This document shows positions 13,309 through 27,205 of a stretch of 64,000 nucleotides of DNA, one piece after another. Where the stretch lies: contig OX597819.1 of assembly GCA_951406725.2 (NCBI GenBank), positions 106,020,001-106,084,000 of the forward strand. The letters run 5' to 3'. Numbering within the stretch: position 1 is the first letter of the stretch; every line of letters begins with the position of its first letter. The stretch is from Octopus vulgaris. Taxonomy: Eukaryota. The notes below the pieces were generated by a model. It had not been told where the DNA came from and searched no databases. It saw only the letters and a list, made by a program, of their open reading frames with translations. A program made the position numbers and the translations under genes.

Positions 13309-13550
13309 TGGTAGACGGAAACTGAAAGAAGACCGTCGTATATACGTGTATATTTGTGTGTGTGTCCGTGTTTGTACCCCAACGATCGCTTGACAACTGA
13401 TGTTGGTGTGATTACGTCCCCGTAACTGAGCGGTTCGACCGATAGAATAAGTAGTAGGCTTACAAAGAATAAATTCTGCAGTCAGTCTGTTCGACTAAAG
13501 GCGGCGATCCAGCAAGGTCGCAGTCAAATAACTGAAACAAAAGAATAAAA
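13309..13550 (+). mobile_element. 3' half of tRNA-derived SINE
   Basis: Colinear with the reverse complement of 55119-55370. Confidence 0.85.
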
Positions 13551-14186
13551 AAAACTATGCCATTTTAATCACTAGTAGTAAATAAAGTTTGAATTATCGA
13601 TAAGACGTGTCTTCTTTGTACCGTATAACTGGGTTCTATCTTCACTGGTAAAAATTCTCAAATTGTTTTTGTAGCCTAATATTTACACGCCATTATTTAT
13701 AGCATTATCTACTTCCATTTCAGCCGTTAAAAGTAAAAGAACGAAGAGTTCTTTCTTGAACTTTCTAATCTCCTATGCTATAAGCGTTATATGAGTAATC
13801 CTATAAATAATGAACCAGCATGTACTCATGTATACACATATAATATATACAAATATATCTGCGTTTACGTGTGCGTGTTCTATGTGTGAATGTATGAGTA
13901 TATGCATGCATCGATGTATTTAAAAATATTGGGCATTTAGACAGTGAATTACATTATCTGTAGGCTAAAGTTGGAATTAGTTAATATATAAATAGTAATA
14001 GATTCAATAAGTGAAAGCAACGTACTATGTGTACTGAAATTGGTTGGAACGTTTGCAGATAGACACGCTACTTTAACGCTTTTACATTTACAGTAAAAGT
14101 GATTTACCCCTTATCTGACTCTGTATGCCTATCTGTCTATCTCTCTGTGTACAAATGCACATGCATTTATATTATTGTGAGGGATC

Positions 14187-14767
14187 GCCATGATAGATCG
14201 TTAGCCACTACACACATTGTTTCCTCTCCTTGTTTCTCTCCTTGCTTTTTTTCTGTGTCCCTTTCTGTAGAAGAGCGTAGGCTCGAAACGTACAATACCT
14301 TTTCAATTCCTGAGCGTTATACTAATACATCTGTTTGTTTTGTACACCGCCTGTCTTCCTCTTTTTTTTTCGTGAACTCTCCTATATATATATATATACA
14401 TACATACATACATACATATATATATATATCCCAACACCATCACAGCACACACCACTACACCTTACACCACCATACCACACAATACATCACAACACATCAA
14501 CATGCACATGCAAACTCTCTTATACACACGCACGCACCACCACTTTGTTATCTCCCCTTCTCCCTAGCCCTTCTGTGTGACCCTTCTGTCCGGCCTGAGC
14601 CATCATAGATCGCTAGCCACTGCACATTCTTTATTTTCTCTCCTTGTTTCTTTTTGTATCCCTTTCTGTGGAAGAGCGTAGGCTCGAAACGTTAAAGACT
14701 TTTCACTTACCGAGCGTTATACTGGTACATCTGTTTGTTGTCTTTTGCTTTTGTGCGAAATCTCCAT
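14187..14767 (+). mobile_element. Partial tandem of a non-coding PLE-like unit with minimal hammerhead-like motifs
   Basis: Direct repeats 14187-14383 and 14599-14767, each ending in (TA)n. Motif CUUU-CUGUxGAA-GAGC(GUAG)GCUC-GAAA-CG-UH at 14261-14296 and 14662-14697. Confidence 0.7.
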
Positions 14768-15232
14768 ATATATATATATATATAAATATCGTCCGTTACT
14801 AGTGAGAGATTATCAATCCGGCTAAAATACTTTATAAGCTTTCTGTTGGTATACTAGGCTAACATTATTGTTTAGATTAGTAAAGAAATCGGCATATACT
14901 TATGGCAGTAGCCTAAGCTATAGTTAAGTTATAGTTCATCACCATCTTATGTTGTAAATTCGGTAGTTGAGTCCCAGTTATAGTGGGTTTTTACACAGTG
15001 TTATAAAAGGAAAGATATATACACAAGATATAGACAGGACAAGAAATGACTCTGATGAAAGTAGCTTTAAATTTTAGCTCATTCAGTTTTCTCAACCGTT
15101 TAATGGACAGTTTGAGTAATCCTATCAAAAACGAACTTATAATGATAACTGGAAACAACTGTATGTCAAATTTTCTGCAATAAAGAAAAAAATATGTAAT
15201 GACCATTATTTATACGTTGTCTCTTATTCTTC

Positions 15233-15271
<39 letters not shown>

Positions 15272-15505
15272 CAAGTAGGTACTGCAAATTTAGGGTGAAT
15301 ACTTGATAAGTGTAAGCACCTGTATACGCCAGCTAGTGGCAGAGGTTAGAGGGAAAAGGATGTCGCGGTACACGTGTTATATCGATTATACACTTTTATA
15401 TTTTTTATATCTATTATACACTGATGTAAGAACAGGTCGTTTATAAACCTTGAAACACGTGTACCGCGACATCCTTTGTTTCTGTTTTTGATTTCATTTG
15501 ATATA
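15272..15505. mobile_element. (TA)n-flanked module with 24-bp inverted repeat and 3' half of a hammerhead motif
   Basis: AAAGGATGTCGCGGTACACGTGTT (15355-15378) is inverted at 15454-15477. GAAA-CACGTG-TA-CCGC matches the motif at 52.4 kb. Confidence 0.6.
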
Positions 15506-15540
15506 TATAAGTATGTATATATATATATATGTATAAATAT

Positions 15541-15801
15541 TCAATAAAGGGTGGAATATAATTAGTTTAATAAAATTAATCAATTTCACCTAGTAGATTT
15601 GTCGGTATGGAAAAGACCATATTTGGTAAGGGTTATAATAATTATAATAAAGGGTTAAATGCAACAAGTTGGTCAAAACCAGATACCGAAAATATTAGAA
15701 ATAGCAGCCAAAATTGGTCAGTATTTCCTCTACTAGGAGACTTTTTACTAGTAGAGGTAATACTGACCAATTTTGGCTGCTATTTCTAATATTTTCGGTA
15801 T
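15541..15801. mobile_element. (TA)n-flanked inverted-repeat element, short copy of the 17.5-kb family
   Basis: Arms 15683-15736 / 15748-15801 (54 bp, 1 mismatch); left portion nearly identical to 17457-17650. Confidence 0.85.
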
Positions 15802-15808
15802 ATATATG

Positions 15809-15842
<34 letters not shown>

Positions 15843-15845
15843 TAC

Positions 15846-15947
<102 letters not shown>

Positions 15948-16529
15948 ATGTATATATACAAACACACACAAACACAACCGATATATTACTACAGTTCTAA
16001 TACAGTGGAATAAACCCTTTCAACCAGATGCCCTAGAATGTCTGCGTTTGAACATACAGTAAATGACTAAAATATTACGCAAAATATACTTAGACACTTT
16101 TTTTATGTAAGCTTGTTTTTGACACAAACATTTTCTCATTCGGAGTAGCGCAGAATCCTCTGGATGTTGGACGACTGATTGGGTGCTCCAGTATTGTACA
16201 CCCATTACCCGTCTTCCAGCATTCAGTGGACACCTCATATTTAGATATTGCTGAATACCTGGTCAACTGATTGGTTGGCAGCTTGATTGGTGTTTGGAAT
16301 GATTGTTTGGTAGATTGGTTGGCTGGTTGGTTGGTTGGTTTGATTGGTTGTTTACATGGCTATTGGTTGGCTAATTGATGGTTGGTGCCTTGTTGATTGG
16401 CTTGGGGGTCTGCAGGTTACAAAACTCTGTTTGCCTGGATATTGCTTTCTTTCTTCAGCCATGGCTGTTTATTAGTCAGTAAAGAGACATTTATACATAA
16501 AGAGAGAGAGAGAGAGAGGGGGGAGAGAG

Positions 16530-16582
<53 letters not shown>

Positions 16583-16680
16583 GAAAGAAGAACATACTAT
16601 AGCGCACAACAGGCACATTTGTTATCCATTCTGAAACGATGAAGCACGGCGGTTTAACCAGTCTGCTTATTCACCGCCTC

Positions 16681-17055
16681 GTATGTATGTATGTATGTAT
16701 GTATGTATGTATGTATGTATGTATGTATGTATGTATGTATGTATGTATGTATGTATGTATGTATGTATTTATGTATGCGTGTATGTATGCATGTACGTAT
16801 GTATGTATGTATACATGTATGTATGTATGTATGTATGTATGTATGTACGTATGTATGTATGTATTTATGTATGTATGTATGCATGTATGTATGTACGTAT
16901 GCATGCATGTATGTAAGTATGTATGTATGTATGCATGTATGTATGTAAGTATGTATGTATGTACGTATTTATGTATGTATGCATGTATGTATGTAAGTAT
17001 GCATGTACGTATGCATGTATATATGTAAGTATGTATGTATGTATGTATGTATGTA
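16681..17055. repeat. (TATG)n microsatellite
   Basis: Direct reading; source of the MYVC/HTYI pseudo-ORFs. Confidence 0.97.
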
Positions 17056-17408
17056 TCTATGTATCTATGTGCATGTGTTAGTGGGTAAGTTTGTATTTGT
17101 GCGTGAATGTGCCGCGTGTGTACTGCAGTAAAAACTATAGTTGCCAGAACATAACGTTTTTTCATTGATCTCTATAGATTACGTACTGTGATATCATTCA
17201 TCTTGTGAGAAACAACACGGTTTATTATATGCTTATATGAACCAATGAAATATCGACAGCATTTGGGGTGGGGCATTAAGTAGCCTTTTGGGCATTACGT
17301 AGCATTTGCATCTCGGGTGAAAAAAACCCCCAAAACACCACTATACATTTTGTTTGAATGCACCCCGATGTGCACAAATGTCATTATTGATGTATATATA
17401 TGTATATA

Positions 17409-17447
<39 letters not shown>

Positions 17448-17454
17448 ACAATAT

Positions 17455-18630
<1,176 letters not shown>

Positions 18631-20002
18631 TCGACACATCTTCAAAGTTCATCTGATGGTCGGTTTATTCAAGCATTCTGTGTGAATGTTGTGCGTGACT
18701 CCGTGTGTGTGTGTGTGTGTGTGTATCGGATGGGATCCCACTCACATGTTTTCAAACAATATTCAATGACAAGGTATTTTTCAATCCGACCACTATGAGG
18801 TCCCAGCTGGAACTGCATGGTTACACAGCGATTATCTTAACCGTATAACTCAATGTTTCTCCAGAAATTAATCTGTAGAAGTTGGTGTAATTACAGAGAA
18901 GCTTCTAGGTTCCGTCATGATTAACTTCAACGCTCTAAGTCATATCCAAATTTCCGAGTGTTTTGACTGCATACTGTTAATTAGCACATGTTTTATTAAT
19001 ACGTAGAAATTTAAACTATTCTTCTCCTCTCAGCGTTATGCATTCTTTGTGTTTCATTTTTAGCGTTCACGATTAGAAACGCTATCAAACGGAAGTTTAA
19101 ACTGATTTCCCTAGCTGTACGTAATCAATGATTTTTTAGTTTGTGATTTGGAGTCTTCCTATATCCTGTTTTAAAACTCAACAATATTAACTGCTCTTCG
19201 AATCATACATATTCGATTCATATTCATTTCTATAGATGAATTCCGCTATTCGAATATTGGTTGAACATTACATTAATGCATGAATTAATTACATCAGTAT
19301 GTACATAATGAAGCATTTTGGAGGTAAATTGATTCATAAGATCTGATGTGTGTCTCTATTACCCATTGTGATGAGTGAATGACGGATATATCTTTCAAAA
19401 TGGGATACTACACAAACTGTAATTTATGCTTTAGGTGATTAGAGACGTTCATTAGCAAATATTATAGCATATGTATTCAAATGATGAAATTTTATCCGCA
19501 AGACGTTTACAAGTTAAGTTATTCATAGAAACACAACGATGACGACAAGTAACATAACCTGCAAATTTGCATGCATGCATATATGCACAGATAGACACAC
19601 AAATACATACTCACACAGAGACACGCATGCAAACACACAAATACAAGCACAAGTACACACACACACACAAACATTCACACAGATTTGTTTTATCATACGA
19701 TTTATACCTGTCAAGAAACGCTTTTTTTATCTGAGTCATAAAAATATAAATTAAAACCATTGCTTCATATCTTATCTCATAGCTATATATGTCCATATCT
19801 GTTTACTGCATTTATTCATTGGTTGAAATCAAATGACATATAGGAACGAACGTAATCACTGTTTAATAATATTTATCCATAGAAATGCAGTTCCATGTTC
19901 TATCACACTGCTATGGGCATTCGGCAAGTATAATGTGCCATCCATGGCTTCACCTTAGTCATTAATATCTGCGCTAATTTTCAAGAATAAGTACGGTACG
20001 GA

Positions 20003-20099
<97 letters not shown>

Positions 20100-20194
20100 A
20101 CAATCTGTTTGTCTCTCTGCAGTATGTCTGCATGCCTTTTTACATGCCCGTCTGTCTCCTTGTCTGTGTAAGTATCCCTTTCTCTCCATCTATC

Positions 20195-20243
<49 letters not shown>

Positions 20244-21414
20244 CTCTCCGTATATAAACTTTATTTGCTTCAACTTTCTATGACGGATTTTACTCTAGTT
20301 CACTTTCACCAACTTCCAATGTAAATTTAGTGGCCGACAGCATTACCAGAGGTAGTTCATATTTGCCTGGTCTTGGGATATACACAATGCGATATTTCTA
20401 GTTATTCAGCCTCTGACTAGTAGTGGCACGAAAGTAGTAGCATCGGAGCTTGTTGTAAATTTTATCGTATTTAGCATTGCCATCGTCCATGTCTTTCAGT
20501 CTTCTGCGGGCAGATAGATTTTAAGTGCTACACGTAGAGCAGCTGGACTTTCTACCACAAGGCCAAGTGTGTCGTGGCCTTTTTTGCGCCTATGACAAAG
20601 CTCAGCTCCCAATAGCTCGTCAATGGGATATGTATATCAATGTAGACCGAACTCATCTACATATATAATTTTTAGATGCCGTGTCACGTACCACGGAAAT
20701 ATATTGCGTTAATTAGTATAACGACCAAAGAGTTTTCTTCGTGACCGGTACCCTTGACAACGTGTTACATGTCCTCAGTCATTATGGTACGAGCAAGCTT
20801 CTGGGAATGTGCTTACCGAACTTCCTTTACCGTCTCGTACTCAATATCGAATCCTGTGCATAATCAGCGAAATCCATTTCGATAAGATGAATATTTAGTT
20901 ACCGTCAGTACACAAAAACCTTGAGCCTTGTGAGATACAACGATTAGTTAGTTTCTGGGTTTCTTAGCACTATTTGTTAAGGGGCTGATGGGTTAATATA
21001 ACTTAATTCATACCTGGTGGGAGCTTCTAGAAGATTGCCAGTAATCAAATGTTTGCATGGATGTACTACAAATAAATTGATTGGAATAACATTCCAGTAA
21101 TTAGTGGCATAAAGAATTCCAAGCTGATAATTCTTTAATTACGAACGTCTTATTGAAACCTTCAATATAAATAGATCATTTCCAATTAGAAGATGGTCAC
21201 GAAATATTTTACTTTCCGACAATAATAGAAACTGAATTTTATTAAAATTCCCCACTAAGAAAAAGGATTCCTGATCCATATTCTTCAAAACCATTTATCA
21301 CCCAATTCTGCGCTTAGATATATACGCTTGCGTAATTTTTGCTATATTAATCGTTCTGTTTACATTGTTTAAAATAATGTTATTCTTGTTGATGATAAAA
21401 AAAAAATGGCTGAA

Positions 21415-21504
<90 letters not shown>

Positions 21505-21509
21505 CATGT

Positions 21510-22545
21510 GAATCCTTACTTGCCATTGTTAGAATTAACAATATAATACACACTGAAAATGTGATACATCCACAAGCATTTAAGAAATAAGATGAAGAAG
21601 AAAGAGTAAACAACTGGAAAATGAAACCATGCATGGGCAATACTTCAGAGAAATCGAAGGAAAAGGGAAGATCAACACTTGGAGATGGCTAAGAGAAAGT
21701 AATCTGAAAGGATGCACTAAGGGAGCACCCAAGAATATGCTCTGAGAACTAATTACATCAAGTTCCAAATAGATAAAAGTAGCGTATCGCCCTTTGTATT
21801 ATGTGTGGGAGCAGAAACGAAACCATCTCGCAAATTGTGAGTGAGCGTAGCAACTTGGCTCAAAAACACTACAAAAGGCACGATAATGGGGATAAATTCG
21901 TCCACTGAGGCAGTGCTCAAGAATAAGCTCTAAGAATTAATTATACCAAGTTTCAAATAGATAAGAGTCGCGAATTTCCCCCTTTGTGGGAGCTAAATTC
22001 GGCCACTGGAGGCTATGTGAAAAGTACGGCCTGAACAGCTCACTGAAATGGTACGAATATGAACCTTAAGGAGTCAACAAGACCAAGGAACGTAAGATAC
22101 TGTGAGATTTTACAATCCAATGAGTCTCCCTAATCGTGGCACGGAGACAAGATATTCTTGTGGCAGATAAAGCAGAAAAAATCCAAGATCATAGATACTG
22201 CAATACTTGGAGAAGCAGACATAGATCTAAAAGAATTTTAAAAATTGGAAAAGTACAGACTACTAAGAGACGAAATTGCAAGAGTGTGAACTATGAGGAG
22301 AGTGTCTGTCATTCCAGTAGTTGTTGGGGGCAGAGATCGGAATTGATATGAGAGTAGAACAAGCCTCCAAAACTGCTCTGATGGGGACAGCTGGGACTTT
22401 GAGATGTTGAATGTCTCCCACGATAATTAACAGCCAAGTATGAAAACATGTAATATGCGGAAAGAGACTCTGTGAAACTTCAGACATCAGGCTACTATCT
22501 CAGAGAATCTATCAGAACAAACAACACCGAACGTTCTGAGAATTA
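21510..22545 (+). mobile_element. Decayed 5'-truncated R4/Dong-like LINE
   Basis: Frameshifted MHGQYFRE, WRWLRESNLK, ALRTNYIKFQID, CxMCGSRNETISQIVSE, YKRHD and VIPVVVG; flanked by (AAT)n/(ATG)n. Confidence 0.8.
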
Positions 22546-22586
22546 AACCAATGATGATGATGATGACGATGATGATGATGATTATG

Positions 22587-22617
<31 letters not shown>

Positions 22618-22643
22618 CAATAATGATAATTAATAATAATAAC

Positions 22644-22704
<61 letters not shown>

Positions 22705-22716
22705 GTAGTAGTAGTA

Positions 22717-22791
<75 letters not shown>

Positions 22792-23333
22792 TAATAATAA
22801 TAAATTTTTTTGACCAATAGGACCCCACCTAAAAAAAAAAATCACTGATGGTGATGGTGATAATGGTGATGATGATAATAATGATAGTAATAGTGCTGAT
22901 AATCTATCTATCTATCTACACACACACAAACCCAAAGAGTTCAACCAACACAAAGAAAGTATTATTTGACAGGCAAGAACTCTGGTGTTGAAGACAGTCA
23001 GCCAGCCAACCACCAAGCCAGCCAACGAGACAGACAGACACTACTGTGATGGTGATAATGATAAAAAAAAAAATAACAATAATAAGATACTGCTGTGACT
23101 ACACATAAAACAATATCATTGATGATGATGGTGGTGATGGTGATGGTGATGATGATAATGATGATGGTAATGGTGGTGATAATGATGATAGTGATGGTAA
23201 TGGTGATGATAATAACAATAATAAGCCGACTACGGCTGCTATAATGGTACGATTATAATTGTAACGGCAATGATGGCCGTCTCCCCACGAGCCAATCAAA
23301 GCTAAAAAATGATAACATTATCGTAGCACCAAA

Positions 23334-24653
23334 ATGTTTTTGGAAACTAAAAGGAAAACTAAATCAGTATACCAAATCGCTTGTCCTATGGTTAATCTGG
23401 AAGCGCGTCCCCCAGGGATGAGCCAGCCTGGGATCGAAAAGTCATCAACTGGCACAAACTCTTCTCCGAATACGGACATGGATGGTCACTTGAACGGGAA
23501 ATCCCCCAACTCGAGCCCTCCAAGTTCACCACCACAACCACCACAGAAAGAAAAATGTAAGCGGAACAAATGGACCCGAGAAGAGTATAAAGAAGTAATA
23601 TACGCTTATTACTATGCATTAGGTAGGCCATCTCAAGAGAGACACACCGCAAACTCTTACAGTATATGGAGAACACGGAATCAAGACAGTAGGCCCTATT
23701 TGGACGAGAACAAATTAGCAAATGTGAGGAGGGATATCTTTAGAAATAACAGACTCACAGACAGTGAAATAAGCGCGATCAAGCACGCAACGGAAAATGA
23801 CATAAATATAAGACACAAAGGAAATGAAGAATCAGATGAACAGTATAGCCCGCCACGAGGCTTAATTGAAAGACTGCCATCTGACCAAAGTACGCAAATG
23901 CCTGAAGATACAAGAAATTCTATTGTACCTGTTAAAGATAGCCAGGAAAACGAAAAAACAACAGTAACTGAAGATCTCGCATTCGCTGAAGAACACAGAG
24001 AGTCTATGGCAGAAATGAGGCAGAAAATCCTGAATACGCTTGAAGTTGTAAGACATACAAGTATGAATGATAGAGAACCACTTCATAAACTCTCAAATAC
24101 AAACCAAAATAAAAAACAAATCCAAATTGGCAACTATGTAACAAATGAAATAATACGAGAATTAAAACCTGATTTGACTGAGTTAAATGAAATTATTTAC
24201 GCTTCTGCTAGGGCAATTGAAACCAGCTGTATGCCCCCGAAAAAACAAAGAAAACAAAACCTGGGAAGAAATCAAACCTGGAGAAGAAAAATTGAAAAAG
24301 AGATTGAATTTATGAGAGGGGAAATATCAATATTAAATGAACTAATATGTGGAAATGACGTAAGATCCAGAACAGGAAGAAAGATGAAGAGAAAATTTGG
24401 ATCCTCACCAAGAGAAGAACTGATATCAATAAAAGAAACGCTGAAACAAAAAGTCCAAGCAAAAGCCCAAAGAATACGAACATTTGAGAAGAGAAACAAG
24501 TTTTACAAGCAAAATAAGCTGTTCACATCAAATGCCAAAAAATTCTACAGAGAAATAGGGAAGGAGAAAGTAACCGTTAAAGACCCCCTCCCATGGAAGA
24601 AGTTCAAAACTTTTGGAAAAGGATTTGGAGTGACAAGAAGACGTACAACATAA
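23334..24653 (+). CDS. R4/Dong polyprotein, N-terminal part (frameshifted near 24590)
   Basis: 439-aa ORF with KWTREEY..VIYAYY and LANVRRDI motifs, and the R4-type pre-RT region AKAQRIR..KRNKFYKQNKLF..N.KKFYREI. Confidence 0.85.
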   Translation: MFLETKRKTKSVYQIACPMVNLEARPPGMSQPGIEKSSTGTNSSPNTDMDGHLNGKSPNSSPPSSPPQPPQKEKCKRNKWTREEYKEVIYAYYYALGRPSQERHTANSYSIWRTRNQDSRPYLDENKLANVRRDIFRNNRLTDSEISAIKHATENDINIRHKGNEESDEQYSPPRGLIERLPSDQSTQMPEDTRNSIVPVKDSQENEKTTVTEDLAFAEEHRESMAEMRQKILNTLEVVRHTSMNDREPLHKLSNTNQNKKQIQIGNYVTNEIIRELKPDLTELNEIIYASARAIETSCMPPKKQRKQNLGRNQTWRRKIEKEIEFMRGEISILNELICGNDVRSRTGRKMKRKFGSSPREELISIKETLKQKVQAKAQRIRTFEKRNKFYKQNKLFTSNAKKFYREIGKEKVTVKDPLPWKKFKTFGKGFGVTRRRTT

Positions 24654-27010
24654 ATGCTGACTGGATTATACAAACTGAAGGATCCTACCAAAATTTACAA
24701 CAACAAGCATGGGAAGACATCACAATAGCAGACCTAAGAAAGGCACTCACAAAGGCCCATAATTGGAAATCCCCCGGTAAAGATAGGGTGCCGAATTTCT
24801 GGCTCGCATCGCTCCCATGCGCACACGGTAAGCTAGTTCAGCTGCTCAATGGAATTATGAGAGACCCAAAGAAAACACCTGAATGGTTAGCAAGTGGCAT
24901 TACTTACCTACTCCCAAAGAATAACGAAACCAACCTTCCAAAAAACTATCGGCCTATAACCTGTCTATCCACCACGTATAAACTCCTAACATCTATCCTG
25001 GCGGAGAAAACATATGCATTCATAGAGAAGAACGATATTTTCCCCATTGAACAAAAAGGGTGCCGCCGAGGCTCTTACGGATGCAAAGATCAACTGCTAA
25101 TCAATCGTATGATCCTTGAGAACTGTCACAACAAGCGCAGAAATCTCAGCACCGCATGGATTGATTACAAAAAGGCCTTCGACAGTATACCGCATCCATG
25201 GATCTTGAGATTGCTGGACATCTTCAAAATTTCCCCTGTGATTTCAAACTTCCTGAAGCACAATATGTCGTTGTGGAATACGAATCTCCAATTATACCAC
25301 TCTAATGGAGTACTTGCCTCAGAAAATATAAACATCAACTGTGGAATTTTTCAAGGTGACTCACTTTCACCTTTAATAATCTGCATAGCCCTAATACCCC
25401 TTACAAGTGAATTAAACAGAACAGGGTATGGGTATAAAATTGCCAATAAAAAAATAAGCTATCTATTTTATATGGATGACTTAAAACTTTATGGTAAAGA
25501 CAATAATGAACTTGAAGGCCTATTGCGCACCGTGAAAGCATTCAGCGATGACATCGGGATGGAGTTTGGACTTGAGAAGTGTGCCAAGAAAGGGAAAGTG
25601 AAGACCACAAATTCAGTCGTGTTAGATGTTGACACAGTCATAAGAGAGCTTGAGCAAGAACAAACATACAAATATTTAGGGATAAATGAAGGCTCTGGTA
25701 TTCAGCATGCAAGCATGAAAGAGAAAATCAGGAAGGAATGTTATAGGAGAGTTCGTGCAGTCCTGAAATCTGAACTAAATGCACGTAACAAGGTGTTAGC
25801 TATAAATTCCTTAGCAGTTCCAGTTGTTACTTATAGCTACAATGTGTTGAACTGGAATATGAGTGAAGTAAAGAATATAGATAGAAAAATACGCAAGCTG
25901 CTGAGTTGTAATAGGATGCACCACCCAAAGGCAGACGTAGATCGCCTTTACCTTCCCAGAGCCCAAGGAGGTCGAGGCCTGATCCAATTTGAACTAGCTT
26001 ACAAAACAACCACAATTGGACTGGCCAAATATCTCGAAATATCGAATGACTGGATGCTAAAGCTCGTGGAAAATCACGAGAGACGAAAGAAGCTTCATTC
26101 TATCATAAAGGAAAGCAAAAAATTTGCTATTGATCTCGTGCAGGATACCCAAACTGAACAACCCGAGGGAAGTACGGCAACTATTGTTGCAAAGAAGGTG
26201 AAAATGATGGCAATGAAGAAAGCGCACGAGCAATTGGCTGATAGGTGGGAGGAGAAACCTCTGCACGGCAAATATGTGACCCGCAGCAAACAAGCTGATG
26301 TTGACCAGAAGCAAACCCATCAGTGGCTACGGAGCTCAGGGCTAAAAGCAGAGAGCGAAGGTTTCATCCTGGCTGCTCAAGATCAAAGCCTATTAACCCG
26401 GAACTACCAGGCCAATGTCATGAAAAATGGAGCAGACCCAAAATGCCGATTCTGCAACGACATGATTGAAACAGTGGACCACCTAATCTCTGGATGTAAA
26501 GTCTTAGCACCAGTGGAGTATAAATTAAGACATGACGGAGTTGGCCAATATCTCCACTGGCTAATAAGTCGGCATTACAATATCAAAACTGCCGACAAGT
26601 GGTATAATCACCACCCTGAGGCTGTAACTGAAGGAGAAAATGTAACGATTCTGTGGGACTTTCCAGTACATACAGACCGAACCATCAAGGCCAATAAACC
26701 AGATATTGTTGTGAAAGACCAAAACAATAAAGTTTGCTTATTGATCGACATGAGCATCCTCTGTGATCATAATATCTCAGCGAAAGAGTTTGACAAGCTC
26801 AGAAAATATAAAGACCTACTCATTGAAATTGAGAAAATGTGGCATCTCAAGGCGGTTACAATACCAGTGATCGTAGGAGCACTAGGAATGATCAAGAAGG
26901 GAACCGAAAATTATATGAGAATGATCCCTGGCTTACCATCCCTGCAAGAAGTGCAAAAGATTGTCTTAACTGGTACATCACACGTATTGAGAAGAGCATT
27001 GTCGATGTGA
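24593..27010 (+). CDS. R4/Dong polyprotein: reverse transcriptase, CCHC finger and restriction-like endonuclease
   Basis: KSPGKD, NYRPITCL, WIDYKKAFDS, GIFQGDSLSP, YMDD, YKYLG, GGRGL, CRFC..H..SGC, RHD, KPDIVV..LID, K..KY. Confidence 0.93.
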   Translation: MEEVQNFWKRIWSDKKTYNINADWIIQTEGSYQNLQQQAWEDITIADLRKALTKAHNWKSPGKDRVPNFWLASLPCAHGKLVQLLNGIMRDPKKTPEWLASGITYLLPKNNETNLPKNYRPITCLSTTYKLLTSILAEKTYAFIEKNDIFPIEQKGCRRGSYGCKDQLLINRMILENCHNKRRNLSTAWIDYKKAFDSIPHPWILRLLDIFKISPVISNFLKHNMSLWNTNLQLYHSNGVLASENININCGIFQGDSLSPLIICIALIPLTSELNRTGYGYKIANKKISYLFYMDDLKLYGKDNNELEGLLRTVKAFSDDIGMEFGLEKCAKKGKVKTTNSVVLDVDTVIRELEQEQTYKYLGINEGSGIQHASMKEKIRKECYRRVRAVLKSELNARNKVLAINSLAVPVVTYSYNVLNWNMSEVKNIDRKIRKLLSCNRMHHPKADVDRLYLPRAQGGRGLIQFELAYKTTTIGLAKYLEISNDWMLKLVENHERRKKLHSIIKESKKFAIDLVQDTQTEQPEGSTATIVAKKVKMMAMKKAHEQLADRWEEKPLHGKYVTRSKQADVDQKQTHQWLRSSGLKAESEGFILAAQDQSLLTRNYQANVMKNGADPKCRFCNDMIETVDHLISGCKVLAPVEYKLRHDGVGQYLHWLISRHYNIKTADKWYNHHPEAVTEGENVTILWDFPVHTDRTIKANKPDIVVKDQNNKVCLLIDMSILCDHNISAKEFDKLRKYKDLLIEIEKMWHLKAVTIPVIVGALGMIKKGTENYMRMIPGLPSLQEVQKIVLTGTSHVLRRALSM

Positions 27011-27205
27011 GAACTGTTGCTGCTCATGTATTTTAATTTAACTTAAAAAAAAAAAATGAATGAACTACTGAGTTTGGTTTAATGGCCTACCAATGTATAC
27101 TATGAGTTTCTTTGCCCTAGGAGTCGGGAAGACACTCGGCAAGTAATGGAAGCAAATTTGAAAGAAGAAAAAAAAGATAATAATAATAATAATAATAATA
27201 ATAAC

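Larger units (their letters stand above)
23226..27177 (+). mobile_element. Near-full-length R4/Dong-clade non-LTR retrotransposon inserted in (TAA)n
   Basis: Two overlapping ORFs form one polyprotein; short 5' and 3' UTRs; 3' end runs into (TAA)n. Confidence 0.92.

Noticed and set aside
23226-23310. HDV-like ribozyme in the R4/Dong 5' UTR (CGT-CTCCCC-ACG ... GCTAA)
   Set aside because: Expected for some RLE-LINEs, but P1.1 GG and P2 pairing could not be found by eye; needs a descriptor search.
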